Shown: piece by piece, positions 8,611 through 19,370 of the stretch
How the letters are laid out: the number at the start of each line of letters is the position of its first letter
Numbering within the stretch: the stretch's first letter is position 1
NCBI GenBank assembly: GCA_938008535.1
Contig: CALLKF010000070.1
Location: 950 to 64,949 of the forward strand
Length of the DNA stretch: 64,000 nt
Origin: an uncultured Saprospirales bacterium
Lineage (GTDB): Bacteria; Bacteroidota; Bacteroidia; Chitinophagales; JADIYW01
Direction of reading: 5' to 3'
Made by a program: the position numbers and the translations under genes
Notes under the pieces: model-generated
Told to the model about the DNA's origin: nothing
What the model saw: only the letters and a program-made list of their open reading frames with translations
Database searches by the model: none

Positions 8611-9567
8611 CTAATCATGATTGTCCAGTACTTCTATCTTATCCATCAAAATTTTAACCAATTTATATTTTGATTGTTTTGTCCAGCCAGCAATGTGTGG
8701 TGTGGCAATTACATTTTTAAATGAAAATAATTTTTGATAAGTTTCTGTTGAATGAATTTTACTTTTAGTTATTGGTTCATCTTCATAAACATCAATACAC
8801 AAACCTTTTATTTTTTGATTTTCTAAAGCATCTATAATTTCTAATGTATTAACAACAGCACCACGAGAACTATTAATAAATATTGGCTGTTTAGCACATT
8901 CAGCTATAAAATTTGCATCGCAATAATAATGTGTTTCTTCGTTGTATGGAACATGAAAAGAAATTACATCACATCGTTTTTGTAGTTCATCTAACGCAAC
9001 ATTTTCAACAAAATTATCACTCGTTTTTTTATACTTATCATACACCAAAATTTCTACATCAAAGCCGTGTAATTTTTTGGCAAATGCTTGTCCAGTGTGT
9101 CCATAACCAATAATACCAACCGTTTTTCCATCCAATTCTTCGCCACGATTTTCTTCGCGCAAAAACAAATTTTCCTTCAATTCATTATTTGCTTTTGTAA
9201 TGTTATTTAGCAAATTCAGCAACATCGCCAAACAATGCTCACCAACTGCATTTCCGTTACCTTCTGGCGAATTTACACAAAATATATTTTTTGTTTTACA
9301 ATACTCAACATCTACGTTTTCCATACCACTTCCAACGCGACCAACGATTTTTAAATTCGTTGCTTTATCAATTAATTCAGCATCTACTTTTGTGTAAGTA
9401 GTAATAATCAAAATAGTATAATCAGCAATAATTTGCAACAATTCATATCGTTCAATTTCAGGTTTAACATCAACCAAATAACCTAATGCATCAAATCTTT
9501 GTTGAAGATAATTATCAATTTCAGCAGTAATTAAAACTCGACTATTCATTAAAAAATTTGTATTCAT
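8611..9567 (-). CDS. D-isomer-specific 2-hydroxyacid dehydrogenase (SerA/PdxB-like)
   Basis: 318 aa with NAD-binding GIIGYGHTGQAF, a catalytic-region RGAVV...D motif and HIAGWT. Confidence 0.85.
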   Translation of the reverse strand: MNTNFLMNSRVLITAEIDNYLQQRFDALGYLVDVKPEIERYELLQIIADYTILIITTYTKVDAELIDKATNLKIVGRVGSGMENVDVEYCKTKNIFCVNSPEGNGNAVGEHCLAMLLNLLNNITKANNELKENLFLREENRGEELDGKTVGIIGYGHTGQAFAKKLHGFDVEILVYDKYKKTSDNFVENVALDELQKRCDVISFHVPYNEETHYYCDANFIAECAKQPIFINSSRGAVVNTLEIIDALENQKIKGLCIDVYEDEPITKSKIHSTETYQKLFSFKNVIATPHIAGWTKQSKYKLVKILMDKIEVLDNHD

Positions 9568-9582
9568 TGGTATAATTCGTAG

Positions 9583-10371
9583 CTATTTTTTCAATTCATT
9601 ACTTGCCATTTTTGTTAAATCTATAAAATCCTGAACACTTAATTGCTCGGCTCTTTTTGAAAATAAATCTTGTTGCAAAAATTCTTTATCCAACATTCCA
9701 CTCAAACCATTTCGAAGCATTTTTCTTCGTTGATTAAAACCTGCTTTCACAATTTTTTTAAATAATACCATATCAAAATCAATTTCCAGATTTTCTTTTC
9801 TTTTTAAAGAAATCACACTGCTCATTACTTTTGGTGGTGGTGAAAAACTGGTTGGTAAAATATCAAATTCTACTTTTACATCATAATAAATTTGAGTCAA
9901 AACACTAATTACACCATATTCTTTAGAGCCATGTTTAGATGCAATTCGATGACCCATTTCTTTTTGAAACATACCAACCATAAACGGAATCGTCGTATAA
10001 TTATCAATAATACTAAACACAATCTGCGATGAAATATTATATGGAAAATTGCCTACAATAGCAGTTGGTTCTTTTATCAATTCTTTCAAATCTAATTTCA
10101 AAAAATCTGCTTCTAAAATATTGAGGTTTGCATGCTGAGATTTGAAGTTGGTATTCAAATATTCAACACATCGTCTATCAACTTCTACACATGTTAATTC
10201 AGGAAAATATTTAATTAAATAAGCAGTCAACGCACCCATTCCAGGTCCAATTTCTATCACTTTTTCATTGTTATGATAATTTTTTATACTATCTATAATT
10301 TGCTGCAGCACATTTTTATCATTTAAAAAATGTTGTCCGTACGATTTTAAGGCTGTCACAAAGTTCAACAT
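9583..10371 (-). CDS. rsmA: 16S rRNA (adenine1518/1519-N6)-dimethyltransferase
   Basis: 262 aa with LGQHFL, the SAM motif VIEIGPGMGALT and GNFPYNISS. Confidence 0.95.
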   Translation of the reverse strand: MLNFVTALKSYGQHFLNDKNVLQQIIDSIKNYHNNEKVIEIGPGMGALTAYLIKYFPELTCVEVDRRCVEYLNTNFKSQHANLNILEADFLKLDLKELIKEPTAIVGNFPYNISSQIVFSIIDNYTTIPFMVGMFQKEMGHRIASKHGSKEYGVISVLTQIYYDVKVEFDILPTSFSPPPKVMSSVISLKRKENLEIDFDMVLFKKIVKAGFNQRRKMLRNGLSGMLDKEFLQQDLFSKRAEQLSVQDFIDLTKMASNELKK

Positions 10372-10475
10372 TTGTATATAATTTAGTTTGGCAATATCTT
10401 TAAATTTGAATACCTATACACTGTTAAGTTTATAGTAACTACGAAACCCTAAAGATACAGACTAAAATATACATT

Positions 10476-11927
10476 ATGTTGCAGATTTCCAGTAAACCGC
10501 CAAAGAAAGCCATCCTTGTTCTATTCTCAAAAGCAAATTTGAATATATTACCATTTTTTGATATTGAAGAAAAAAAGACCATCCAAAACAAACTAAATGA
10601 TGGAATGCAGATTATTTCTTACAATAAAATGCAGAAAAATTATTTCTTAATTCCAATGGAAATTGATGCAACAAAGAAAGAAGATAGCGTTCATGAAAAA
10701 TTACGCATTCAAGGAAATTCTATTTTCAAAACATTTAAAGAACACAAAGAAACCGAAGTCAGCGTAGAAGTTTTAGGCGATATCAGCAAAGAACATCTTG
10801 CTTCTTTATTATTAGGAATTAGTTTATCCGAATATGAATTTCTAAAATACAGAACTAAACCAAAAGCATATAGTTTAACCATATTCATCGATGCATTATT
10901 GTTAGATGAAGCAACCGTAAACGAACTAAATTTAATTACCGAAAGCGTTCGTATTACTAAAGATTTAGTAAACGAGCCAGTTTCATTTTTAACGGCTGCG
11001 CAATATTCTAAAGAAATTCAAAAAATTGGTGAAGCTGCAGGTTTTTCAGTTATCGTTCTCGACCAAAAAGAAATTGAAGCAGAACAAATGGGTGGTGTTA
11101 TTGCTGTCAACCAAGGCAGTTCAGCACCGGCAACGTTCAATATTTTAGAATACAAACCTAAAAAGCACTTAAACGAAGCACCTTTAGTTTTGGTAGGAAA
11201 AGGCGTTGTTTTTGATACTGGTGGTCTTTCCTTAAAACCAACACGCAACAGCATGGATATGATGAAATCAGACATGGCTGGTTCGGCTGCTGTCGTTGGT
11301 GCTATGTATGCAATCGCAAAATCAAAATTACCTTATCATGTAATTGGATTAATTCCAGCCGTAGAAAATCGTCCTGGCTACGAAGCAGTTTGTCCTGGCG
11401 ATGTGATAACTATGTATGATGGCACCACTGTTGAAGTTTTAGACACCGATGCAGAAGGCAGATTAATTTTAGCAGATGCTTTGCATTATGCCAAACGCTA
11501 TAATCCGGAATTGGTTTTAGATTTTGCAACCTTAACTGGTGCTGCTTTGCGCGCTATTGGCAAAGAAGCAGGTGTAGTGATGGGTAATGCTGAAAAATCT
11601 ATCAAAAAGAAAATAAAAAGAGCAGCCAACAGCACAGGTGAACGCGTCGTTGAGCTTCCACTTTGGGACGAATACGGCGATTATATGAAAAGTGATATTG
11701 CCGATTTAAAGAATTTGGGTCCAATGGATGCAGGTGCCATCACAGCCGGAAAATTCCTCGAACACTTTGTAGATTATCCATGGATGCACTTTGATATTGC
11801 TGGTCCAGCGTACGTTGCTTCCAATTATAATTACCGAGGAAAGTGGTCAACAGCGTATGGTGTCAGATTATTGTTTAAATTTGTACAAAATCAGTGCAAA
11901 GATGTCAGTACAAAAACAGAAAATTAA
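10476..11927 (+). CDS. pepA: leucyl aminopeptidase (M17)
   Basis: 483 aa with VGKGVVFDTGGLSLKP, MKSDMAGSAAV and DTDAEGRLILADAL. Confidence 0.93.
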   Translation: MLQISSKPPKKAILVLFSKANLNILPFFDIEEKKTIQNKLNDGMQIISYNKMQKNYFLIPMEIDATKKEDSVHEKLRIQGNSIFKTFKEHKETEVSVEVLGDISKEHLASLLLGISLSEYEFLKYRTKPKAYSLTIFIDALLLDEATVNELNLITESVRITKDLVNEPVSFLTAAQYSKEIQKIGEAAGFSVIVLDQKEIEAEQMGGVIAVNQGSSAPATFNILEYKPKKHLNEAPLVLVGKGVVFDTGGLSLKPTRNSMDMMKSDMAGSAAVVGAMYAIAKSKLPYHVIGLIPAVENRPGYEAVCPGDVITMYDGTTVEVLDTDAEGRLILADALHYAKRYNPELVLDFATLTGAALRAIGKEAGVVMGNAEKSIKKKIKRAANSTGERVVELPLWDEYGDYMKSDIADLKNLGPMDAGAITAGKFLEHFVDYPWMHFDIAGPAYVASNYNYRGKWSTAYGVRLLFKFVQNQCKDVSTKTEN

Positions 11928-12969
11928 AGTTGGAATTACATTGGGTGATGTTGCAGGAATTGGTCCCGAAATTATCATTAAGACCTTTTTAGACGATACT
12001 ATTTTTAAGCATTTCACACCTATTTTATATGGTAATCCACGTGTTTTGTCTTATTATAAAAAAGCACTGAATGTCGATAAATTTCAATATTCAAGTATCA
12101 AAGGTTACAATAATATTAGTCATAATACCTTAAATGTAATTCCAGTTTGGGAAGAAGAATTTGCTATTACAGCAGGCGTTCCTTCTGAAATTACTGGCAA
12201 TTATGCGCTAAAATCGTTGGAAGCAGCTTGCGATGCGTTGAAAAATAAATTTATTGATGTCTTGGTCACTGCACCTATCAATAAAAATGTAATGCATTCT
12301 GATAAATTTCCTTACGCTGGACACACCGAATATTTAATGAATTATTTTGGTGCAAAAGATAATTTGATGTTTATGGTTGGCGAAGATTTGCGCGTTGGTT
12401 TGGTTACTAATCACAGTGCAATTAAAGATGTTGCATCAAAAATTTCTAAAGAAAAAATTCTGCGTAAACTCCAAATCATGAATGCTTCTTTAAAAGAAGA
12501 TTTTGGAATTGATAAGCCACGCATCGCTGTTTTAGGTCTGAATCCGCATGCAGGCGATGGCGGTGTAATTGGAAAAGAAGAAATAGAAATTATTTTACCT
12601 GCAATAAAAGATGCAAAAGCTGAAGGCATCATGGCGTTCGGTCCATATCCAGCCGATGGTTTATTTGCATCTTGCAATTTCAAAAAATTTGATGGCATCT
12701 TAGCCATGTATCACGACCAAGGATTGATACCTTTTAAATATATTGCCGGTGAAGATGGAACCAATTTCACAGCAGGTTTAAACATTATTCGCACATCGCC
12801 AGACCATGGCACCGCAGAAGATATTGCAGGAAAAGGCATTGCCGACGAAACCTCATTCAGACAAGCAATCTACACAGCCATCGATATTTACAACCACAGA
12901 AACGGCTTCTTTGAAATGCGCGAAAATCCATTAGTAAAACGCGCGGTGTTACACGAAGAAAGGATTTAG
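11902..12969 (+). CDS. pdxA: 4-hydroxythreonine-4-phosphate dehydrogenase
   Basis: Starts MSVQKQKIKVGITLGDVAGIGPEI and contains GHTEYL, LNPHAGDGG and YHDQGL. The track start at 11791 is an upstream extension inside pepA. Overlaps pepA by 26 nt. Confidence 0.93.
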   Translation: MSVQKQKIKVGITLGDVAGIGPEIIIKTFLDDTIFKHFTPILYGNPRVLSYYKKALNVDKFQYSSIKGYNNISHNTLNVIPVWEEEFAITAGVPSEITGNYALKSLEAACDALKNKFIDVLVTAPINKNVMHSDKFPYAGHTEYLMNYFGAKDNLMFMVGEDLRVGLVTNHSAIKDVASKISKEKILRKLQIMNASLKEDFGIDKPRIAVLGLNPHAGDGGVIGKEEIEIILPAIKDAKAEGIMAFGPYPADGLFASCNFKKFDGILAMYHDQGLIPFKYIAGEDGTNFTAGLNIIRTSPDHGTAEDIAGKGIADETSFRQAIYTAIDIYNHRNGFFEMRENPLVKRAVLHEERI

Positions 12970-12976
12970 TAACAGT

Positions 12977-14275
12977 TTACAACAACGGAATATCAATAAA
13001 CAATTTCACGTTGCCATCCACACCACGCGAACGTTCTTTCATCGCGTTTAGTTTTTCTACATCATTACAGATGATTAAAAATAAGTAATCATCGTTCAAT
13101 ATGCTTTTTTTAGTTTTGTAATAAACATCGCCTTTGTAAGAGTTTAGGTTGGTTACTTTGCATTTGTATTCTTTATTATAGTTCGATGCAATTCCTCGCA
13201 ACAAGGTATCAGCAGTTTCTGGTTTCCCAACTATCATGATTGGATACAAAATTTTATTAGTGAGTTTCATGTTGTCCACTAGCTTAAATAATCCTTGCGG
13301 ATTTTCTAATTGAAAAGAGAAATAGTCGCCCCAATTTACAGCAAAACAAGCTGCGTCAATATTTCCTTTTTCATCAGGAATCATAAATACTTTAGATGAT
13401 GTTGAGTATTGAAAAACTTTTTCCAACATAGCAAAAAATTCTTCTTCTGTATTTAAATGAAAAAATGCGTAATGCTCTTTTTGTTCTTTTAGTTTATAAT
13501 AAAACTCACGCAATTTTTCTTTATCATGTGAAATATCGACACATTTTTTAAATGCATCTTTACTGCCAAAAATTTTATTTATATGCGTATTGTTTGAGAA
13601 TGCCCATTTTTCATAATGTTTTTCATAGAGTTTTGTATTCAACTCTAACGCTTCGTTAATAGCTTGGTTTTCTTTTCCCATCGCACCATATGTAAACGCA
13701 ATATTTTCTTCTACGCCAACAATGCTGTGCATAATGCTAAACATCAACGTAAATATTTTTTTTCTGCGATAGATTTTTTTATTGTTTTCAATGCGTTCAG
13801 AAATGCGCAACATATTGTAATAATAACCATCAAATCGTTCATTTTCGTGATACACATCAAAACGATTTACATGAATGTAGCCAACTACATTAAATTCGCG
13901 TTTGCCATCTTTATTTAATTTTTGTGGATGCAAAACAGCTACTACTAATGCGTTATTATTGATAGACAAAGCAGATTGCGGAAAATTATGGAAGTAGGTT
14001 TGGAACGTAAATTTGCCTTGGCCTTTTTCGTTAATATGTTTTTCAGGAACCGAAATTACATCTTTGCATTGATGGAAAAAGTATTCAGTATCAGGAACAA
14101 AATCGAGCAAGTCTAACACCTTACCCATTTCATTCATATTTTGAATTTCGGTTACAATAATTTCTAACTCATCTTCAAACACATCATACGAATCAATATC
14201 TAAAGTTTTGTAAGAGAAAATTCCGTCGGCGTTTTTCTCTACTCTTTTATAATTTCTTTTTTGCATAGCAATCAT
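12977..14275 (-). CDS. hypothetical cytoplasmic protein (432 aa), no recognised domain
   Basis: Long uninterrupted ORF packed tightly between pdxA and dprA, with no signal peptide or TM segment. Confidence 0.6.
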   Translation of the reverse strand: MIAMQKRNYKRVEKNADGIFSYKTLDIDSYDVFEDELEIIVTEIQNMNEMGKVLDLLDFVPDTEYFFHQCKDVISVPEKHINEKGQGKFTFQTYFHNFPQSALSINNNALVVAVLHPQKLNKDGKREFNVVGYIHVNRFDVYHENERFDGYYYNMLRISERIENNKKIYRRKKIFTLMFSIMHSIVGVEENIAFTYGAMGKENQAINEALELNTKLYEKHYEKWAFSNNTHINKIFGSKDAFKKCVDISHDKEKLREFYYKLKEQKEHYAFFHLNTEEEFFAMLEKVFQYSTSSKVFMIPDEKGNIDAACFAVNWGDYFSFQLENPQGLFKLVDNMKLTNKILYPIMIVGKPETADTLLRGIASNYNKEYKCKVTNLNSYKGDVYYKTKKSILNDDYLFLIICNDVEKLNAMKERSRGVDGNVKLFIDIPLL

Positions 14276-14407
14276 TGAACTGCAAATTTAAAGTGGAATA
14301 TTGATGTCACGCATTTTTACAGATTAATTTATTTGCATAAGCTTTCTATTTAAAGTAGAAATACATAAAATACCGATTTATGTGTAGTTGCTAATGGTTA
14401 AAAAAAA

Positions 14408-15517
14408 TCAATTCAGCTTATACATTTTTCCTGGAAGCGATAAAATAATTCCATTCATTTCCATTTCTAATAAAATAGACGAAATTATACTTTGTGTAAA
14501 TGGTACTTTTTGGCAAATATCATCGATCTGCATTTTTTCTGTTTGTTTCAAAACGTCATAAACTAGTTGTTGTTTTTCATTTAATTCTACAAATAATTGC
14601 GATTGTTTTTTTTGCGATGTAATTGATTTTTTTTCCAAATCCCAATTCATGCATTCAATAATATCTTTCGCACTAGTAACTAAATTAGCTTTATTTTTTT
14701 TCACTAAATTCAAACATCCAATTGAATATTCGTCATTAATTCTGCCAGGAAAAGCGAATACATCACGATTATAAGAATTGGCAATTTCTGCGGTGATGAG
14801 TGCACCACCTTTTGTTGCAGATTCAATCACAACTGTCGCGTCTGTCATACCTGCTACAATTCGGTTTCTGCTCGGAAAATTTTGCCGATCCGGGTTTGTT
14901 TCGCTTAAAAAATCTGTTACAAGTGCGCCATTCTTTTGCAATTTTTCCGCATAATTTCTATGTACGTTTGGATAAATCATATCTAAGCCATGCGCCAAAA
15001 CCGCTATGTTTTGTAACTCAAATTGCAAAGCTGCTTTGTGCGCACAAATATCAATTCCATAAGCCAAACCACTTACAATATTTACATCGAAAGTAGCAAA
15101 ATCTTCTATTAATTTCTCGGTAATTGCTTTGCCATTTTCGGTGGCATTTCTTGTGCCAATAATATTTACAAACCGATCTTTATTAAAATCAAAATTGCCT
15201 TTGCAGCACAAAAACAAAGGCGAATCACTACAATTATTTAAGCGTTTTGGATAGCGTTTATCGTAATAAAACAATACTTCAATTTTATTTTTTTCGATAA
15301 ATTTCATTTCTTTTTCGGCACGTTTTAACGCATCATAAGTATCTTTAAATAATTCAGCTGTTTTTGGACCAATTCCATTAATTTTTTGCAATTTAGAAAT
15401 TGGCGTTTTAAATAATTTTTCTGCGCTACCAGCATAGCTAATCATCGTTTTTGCATTTGCGTCGCCAATTCCTTTTAATAAGCTTAAAGCAATACCATAA
15501 AATAGTTCATTTTCCAT
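14408..15517 (-). CDS. dprA: DNA-processing protein DprA (Smf)
   Basis: 369 aa with a Rossmann-like core (IIGTRNAT...IVSGLAYGID..H......AVLAHGLD..YP) and a C-terminal winged-helix domain. Confidence 0.92.
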   Translation of the reverse strand: MENELFYGIALSLLKGIGDANAKTMISYAGSAEKLFKTPISKLQKINGIGPKTAELFKDTYDALKRAEKEMKFIEKNKIEVLFYYDKRYPKRLNNCSDSPLFLCCKGNFDFNKDRFVNIIGTRNATENGKAITEKLIEDFATFDVNIVSGLAYGIDICAHKAALQFELQNIAVLAHGLDMIYPNVHRNYAEKLQKNGALVTDFLSETNPDRQNFPSRNRIVAGMTDATVVIESATKGGALITAEIANSYNRDVFAFPGRINDEYSIGCLNLVKKNKANLVTSAKDIIECMNWDLEKKSITSQKKQSQLFVELNEKQQLVYDVLKQTEKMQIDDICQKVPFTQSIISSILLEMEMNGIILSLPGKMYKLN

Positions 15518-15593
15518 GTCTATCTATTTAGATACATGAAAACGTCAAATTCCATAAATTTTTGAAAAAATATTTTTACACAGCTGGAAAATA

Positions 15594-17207
15594 TTAAAAA
15601 TCTGTGTAACGATTGAATAAGTTGGTACGTAAACTTATACCAATAAGGAAATTATTGGTTTTGAAAAACTCATTTTTCTGGTATCTGTAATTCATTACCA
15701 CTTCGGCAGCCAAATTAATTTTTGGATTTATTAAATAACCACCACGCGCTTCAAAATTAATTAAATCGGTTTTAATACCTTGCAAGAATTTATTGCCATA
15801 CGCTATATTCAGATTTGGACCAATCAAATAATCTGAAACAAAGATATTGCTGCCATCGTGCTTATACAATGCATCTAAACCTTGTTTTGCATATTGCAAT
15901 TTTGCACTTGCCGTCCAGTGTTTGTGCCAATAATTTATAAATATTAAACTTTCCAAAAAGTTTGCACCTAACGGATGCGCCAATGCCTGATTAAAGTTAG
16001 TATAGCTTTGTTGAGGTGCTTTATGCGCAAAAACATACGGTCTAACGATGTTCAATTCAGCTTGTATATCTAAATGTTTTACTTTAAAAATATCAAAAAC
16101 TTTGTAGCCAATTTGCGCTGCTACTTTAGTTCTGTAAAAACCTTTTCCTTTTCGTGCAGCAGCTACATCCATATCATCTAACATAATTTGTGCATAGATA
16201 CTTTGTTTTTGTGCTGGTTTAAATTTAAAAGCCAAACCTAACACAACGTTATCTGGAGAACCTAATGCGAACTCTACTGGACGAATAAACGCAACTGGAA
16301 TTAAGTAGCTAAATTCAACACCACGAGTACGGTTATTATCGCCGTGATACCAAGTTACACCTTCAAAAAAAGTGAACTGCATCCATTTAGCAATATCAAC
16401 AGAAACTAAATGATAGCAACCATATTTTATTTTAAAATTAGATGGATTATTGTCAACATTAAAACCAGCAATATCACCATATTTCATTACGTTGAATAAG
16501 TATTGATATTTGATTCGCCAAAAATTCATCGTCATTTTTAAATACGGTGAATTAGAAGCATTGTCACTTAAAAACATAGAACGATAACCTTCGCCCCAAA
16601 ATTGCTTATCATTTCCTATTTGGAGATTAAAATTTTTGCTTGGCGAAACCGAAATATAACCAGAAAATAATTGAGATGTGATTGCGTTTCCTTTAAAATT
16701 TGCTCGTCTGTAACCAGTTAATACACCATATTGTTGTGCATAATCTGATACTTGATTGTACATATTTTCATAAACACCTTGATAAGTAAATGATAATGAA
16801 AATTTTCTTCCAAGATTTGCTTCGATGCGCGCGCCGTAACCAGCAGAATATTTTAGTTTTTTGTCATTAATATCATAACCGAATTGTGCATCGATAATTG
16901 GATTAATGGCAATATAGAATTTTTTATTTTTAGCAGAAATTGCTAACATATCGCCTTTTAACAAACCAAATTTAAATCCATTTTTAGATGAATCTGTGTC
17001 AAAACCTAATTCTTGCAAAGCAGAATCAGGAACCGCAGCAACAATTTCAGCCATATTATATGGTTTTGCAGCAGTTATAAAATGCGATGATGTAGAAATA
17101 TATCTTTCTAATCGATTTTGCATTTCATAATTCAACGGGAAATTGAGTTGTTGTGCAATTGCGCTTAAGCAAAAAAACAGGATTGGAATAAATAATATCT
17201 TCTTCAT
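15594..17207 (-). CDS. outer-membrane beta-barrel protein, function unknown
   Basis: 537 aa with signal peptide MKKILFIPILFFCLSAIAQ, alternating beta-strand pattern, aromatic-rich composition and a C-terminal F. Confidence 0.65.
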   Translation of the reverse strand: MKKILFIPILFFCLSAIAQQLNFPLNYEMQNRLERYISTSSHFITAAKPYNMAEIVAAVPDSALQELGFDTDSSKNGFKFGLLKGDMLAISAKNKKFYIAINPIIDAQFGYDINDKKLKYSAGYGARIEANLGRKFSLSFTYQGVYENMYNQVSDYAQQYGVLTGYRRANFKGNAITSQLFSGYISVSPSKNFNLQIGNDKQFWGEGYRSMFLSDNASNSPYLKMTMNFWRIKYQYLFNVMKYGDIAGFNVDNNPSNFKIKYGCYHLVSVDIAKWMQFTFFEGVTWYHGDNNRTRGVEFSYLIPVAFIRPVEFALGSPDNVVLGLAFKFKPAQKQSIYAQIMLDDMDVAAARKGKGFYRTKVAAQIGYKVFDIFKVKHLDIQAELNIVRPYVFAHKAPQQSYTNFNQALAHPLGANFLESLIFINYWHKHWTASAKLQYAKQGLDALYKHDGSNIFVSDYLIGPNLNIAYGNKFLQGIKTDLINFEARGGYLINPKINLAAEVVMNYRYQKNEFFKTNNFLIGISLRTNLFNRYTDF

Positions 17208-17325
17208 CGTATAAACAGAACGCTAAAATAAATGTTTAAAATAGAATAATGTAGATAAATAGGAAAAAGTTATAAGCAAAAGCTATTTTTCGACATTAAT
17301 TAGTAAATAAAAATCTGAAATTGAC

Positions 17326-17769
17326 ATGTTATCACTAAAAAAAAATATTAAACGAATAATGTTATATGCACCATATCTTGGTGCTGGAATTTCTGTAAAA
17401 TCGGTAAATGATGATTTTACTAAGATTGAAGCACAAATGAAAATGCGTTGGTATAACCGAAATATAGTTGGAACACATTTTGGTGGTTCACTGTATAGTA
17501 TGTGCGATCCATTTTATATGTTTATTTTGATGGAAAACCTTGGAAAAGGTTACATCGTTTGGGACAAAGCTGCAACTATTCGTTTTAAAAAACCAGGTTT
17601 ATCAACGGTAACATCTACTTTTGAAATTACTAAAGATCGCATTGCTGAAATTAAAGCAGAAGTTGACCAAATTGGAAAGAATGATTATATTTTTTCCACA
17701 ACCATAACCAATGAAAAAGGCGAAGTTATTGCTGAGGTTGAAAAAGTGGTTTATGTTAGAAAAAAATAA
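17326..17769 (+). CDS. DUF4442/YiiD_C-like hotdog-fold thioesterase family protein
   Basis: 147 aa with PYLGAGI, HFGGSLYSMCDPFYM and VWDKAATIRFKKPG, as I recall for DUF4442. Confidence 0.7.
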   Translation: MLSLKKNIKRIMLYAPYLGAGISVKSVNDDFTKIEAQMKMRWYNRNIVGTHFGGSLYSMCDPFYMFILMENLGKGYIVWDKAATIRFKKPGLSTVTSTFEITKDRIAEIKAEVDQIGKNDYIFSTTITNEKGEVIAEVEKVVYVRKK

Positions 17770-17770
17770 A

Positions 17771-17799
17771 AAATCCAACCTAAATTAGGTTGGATTTTT
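17771..17799. terminator. bidirectional intrinsic terminator between convergent genes
   Basis: AAATCCAACCTA-AAT-TAGGTTGGATTT forms a 12-bp stem, with an A-run upstream and a T-run downstream. Confidence 0.8.
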
Positions 17800-17821
17800 A
17801 GATTTTATTTCAGAAAGATAA

Positions 17822-18262
17822 TTATTTAACACGTGTCCATGTATCAGATTTTCCAAAAATGGATGCCGAACAAATGTAGCCACGTAAATGCAGCGTTCCG
17901 TCGTCGTTTAACTTCATTTTGCCACAATATGTTTTCCCTTTTTTATATACTTTTCCATCAATAAATTCATTTTCTGTTTTATCAAACTTAAAACCTGTAA
18001 CAGTTTTCAAACCCATTACTGTTCTGGATCGCAACTTAGGATCTGGATTATCTATGTCTGTTCGAGGTTTTCCATTTTTATCATTTGGCACTTTCATCCA
18101 AACCACTTTGCCTTCAATTTCACCATTAGCAGTTTTGTAGAGTTCAATTTTATAGTCTTTATCACCAACTAACCAAATGCCTACAACATCATCTGGGCCA
18201 GCAGCTAAAGAAATAAATTTGGCTGCAAAAAAAAATAAGGTAGTTAAAATTACTTTTTTCAT
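17822..18262 (-). CDS. DUF2147 domain periplasmic protein
   Basis: 146 aa with a signal peptide, then GIWLV...KIELYK..G.IEGKVVW and DIDNPDPKLRSR, typical of DUF2147. Confidence 0.75.
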   Translation of the reverse strand: MKKVILTTLFFFAAKFISLAAGPDDVVGIWLVGDKDYKIELYKTANGEIEGKVVWMKVPNDKNGKPRTDIDNPDPKLRSRTVMGLKTVTGFKFDKTENEFIDGKVYKKGKTYCGKMKLNDDGTLHLRGYICSASIFGKSDTWTRVK

Positions 18263-18336
18263 GACTTCTGTTTTTTATAAAAATTAATTTAGATATTTAA
18301 ATCCTTGAATTTTAAAAATAATGCCAAATATTGAAT

Positions 18337-18368
18337 AAAAAAAACGGCTATAAAAATATTTATAGCCG
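18337..18368 (-). terminator. intrinsic terminator of the 18402-19325 lipoprotein gene
   Basis: CGGCTATAAA-AATA-TTTATAGCCG forms a 10-bp stem (18345-18368). The A8 run at 18337-18344 gives a U tract on the minus strand. Confidence 0.8.
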
Positions 18369-18401
18369 AATATAATTGATTGTATTACAAAAAAAGTATT
18401 C

Positions 18402-19325
18402 TTATTCGGTAACAATTGGAATTAAACCACGAATTCCCATATCTACAACAGAATCTAACGGTGCGTTGGAATTTAAACCATCAACAGGTTCATATAAACC
18501 ATCATTATTTCGGTCTAGCCATTCAAAACTTTTGTTGGTAGATAATGAGACTGTTACAATTATATCTTTTGTTTCATTACCTGTAATTGTTATTGGTGAT
18601 GTAAATTTTCCGACAACAATACATGAATTTGCAGGAATTCCAAGTGCCGATTCAAACGGATTCACAACTGTAGTTCTTGTGCTTGTACCAGCTGTCCATT
18701 TTGTGGCAGGTTGAGTGCCAATAAATGGCACGTTAAATGGCTTTACTGCACCAGAACCTTGTGGTAAATTTCCATTTACATTAATAACTTCACCTTTAAG
18801 TGAATAAGAAGTAACATACGAATTGAAACCTAAGAAAGAAGCAACTTCACCATCAAAAGTAAAAAGTGCGCCACTATTATATGTAGGCGTTCTGTAAGCC
18901 ATTTTTACATCATAATCTTGATATGCTAATGAAATTCGCAACCATTTATACGTTTGTTTTGTCAAATTTTTTAACGGAACAGAATAAAATTCTTCGCCTT
19001 CACCTTTTATTATAGACTTTGAGAAATCGATGGCATTAGAACCACCTGTTGTAACTTCTGAATTTTTATAAAGTATATTTAATCCAAATGGCGATAATGA
19101 ATCAATAGCTAATTCTATATAATGTGCACTCATTTTATGAAATACTGGAGATTGTGCCGAATTGCCAAAAGGAATACTTGATGGACGAGCCAAATTATCT
19201 AATCGCGTTTGAGTTGAATCAAATTTAAATTTGAAAATCAGTCGTGGTCCAGTATCTTCTATTGTTGTTTTTTTACAACTAATTGCAAATATGGCAATGG
19301 TTACTAAAAATAGTATCTTCTTCAT
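18402..19325 (-). CDS. lipoprotein, unknown function
   Basis: Likely start MKKILFLVTIAIFAISCKK (lipobox). The track start at 19343 adds 6 aa. Confidence 0.6.
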   Translation of the reverse strand: MKKILFLVTIAIFAISCKKTTIEDTGPRLIFKFKFDSTQTRLDNLARPSSIPFGNSAQSPVFHKMSAHYIELAIDSLSPFGLNILYKNSEVTTGGSNAIDFSKSIIKGEGEEFYSVPLKNLTKQTYKWLRISLAYQDYDVKMAYRTPTYNSGALFTFDGEVASFLGFNSYVTSYSLKGEVINVNGNLPQGSGAVKPFNVPFIGTQPATKWTAGTSTRTTVVNPFESALGIPANSCIVVGKFTSPITITGNETKDIIVTVSLSTNKSFEWLDRNNDGLYEPVDGLNSNAPLDSVVDMGIRGLIPIVTE

Positions 19326-19370
19326 AGAAATATATTTAAACAATTGATTACAAAGCTACTAAGATTCAAA

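Noticed and set aside
11791-11901. Longer track starts for pdxA (11791), nuoI (60862), enoyl-CoA hydratase (53304), the response regulator (38198), LD-carboxypeptidase (4768), the S1 protein (48148), Smr (50346) and nuoG (62829)
   Set aside because: The extensions overlap the preceding gene or a promoter box and add residues that do not resemble the family. Internal ATGs give canonical N-termini.
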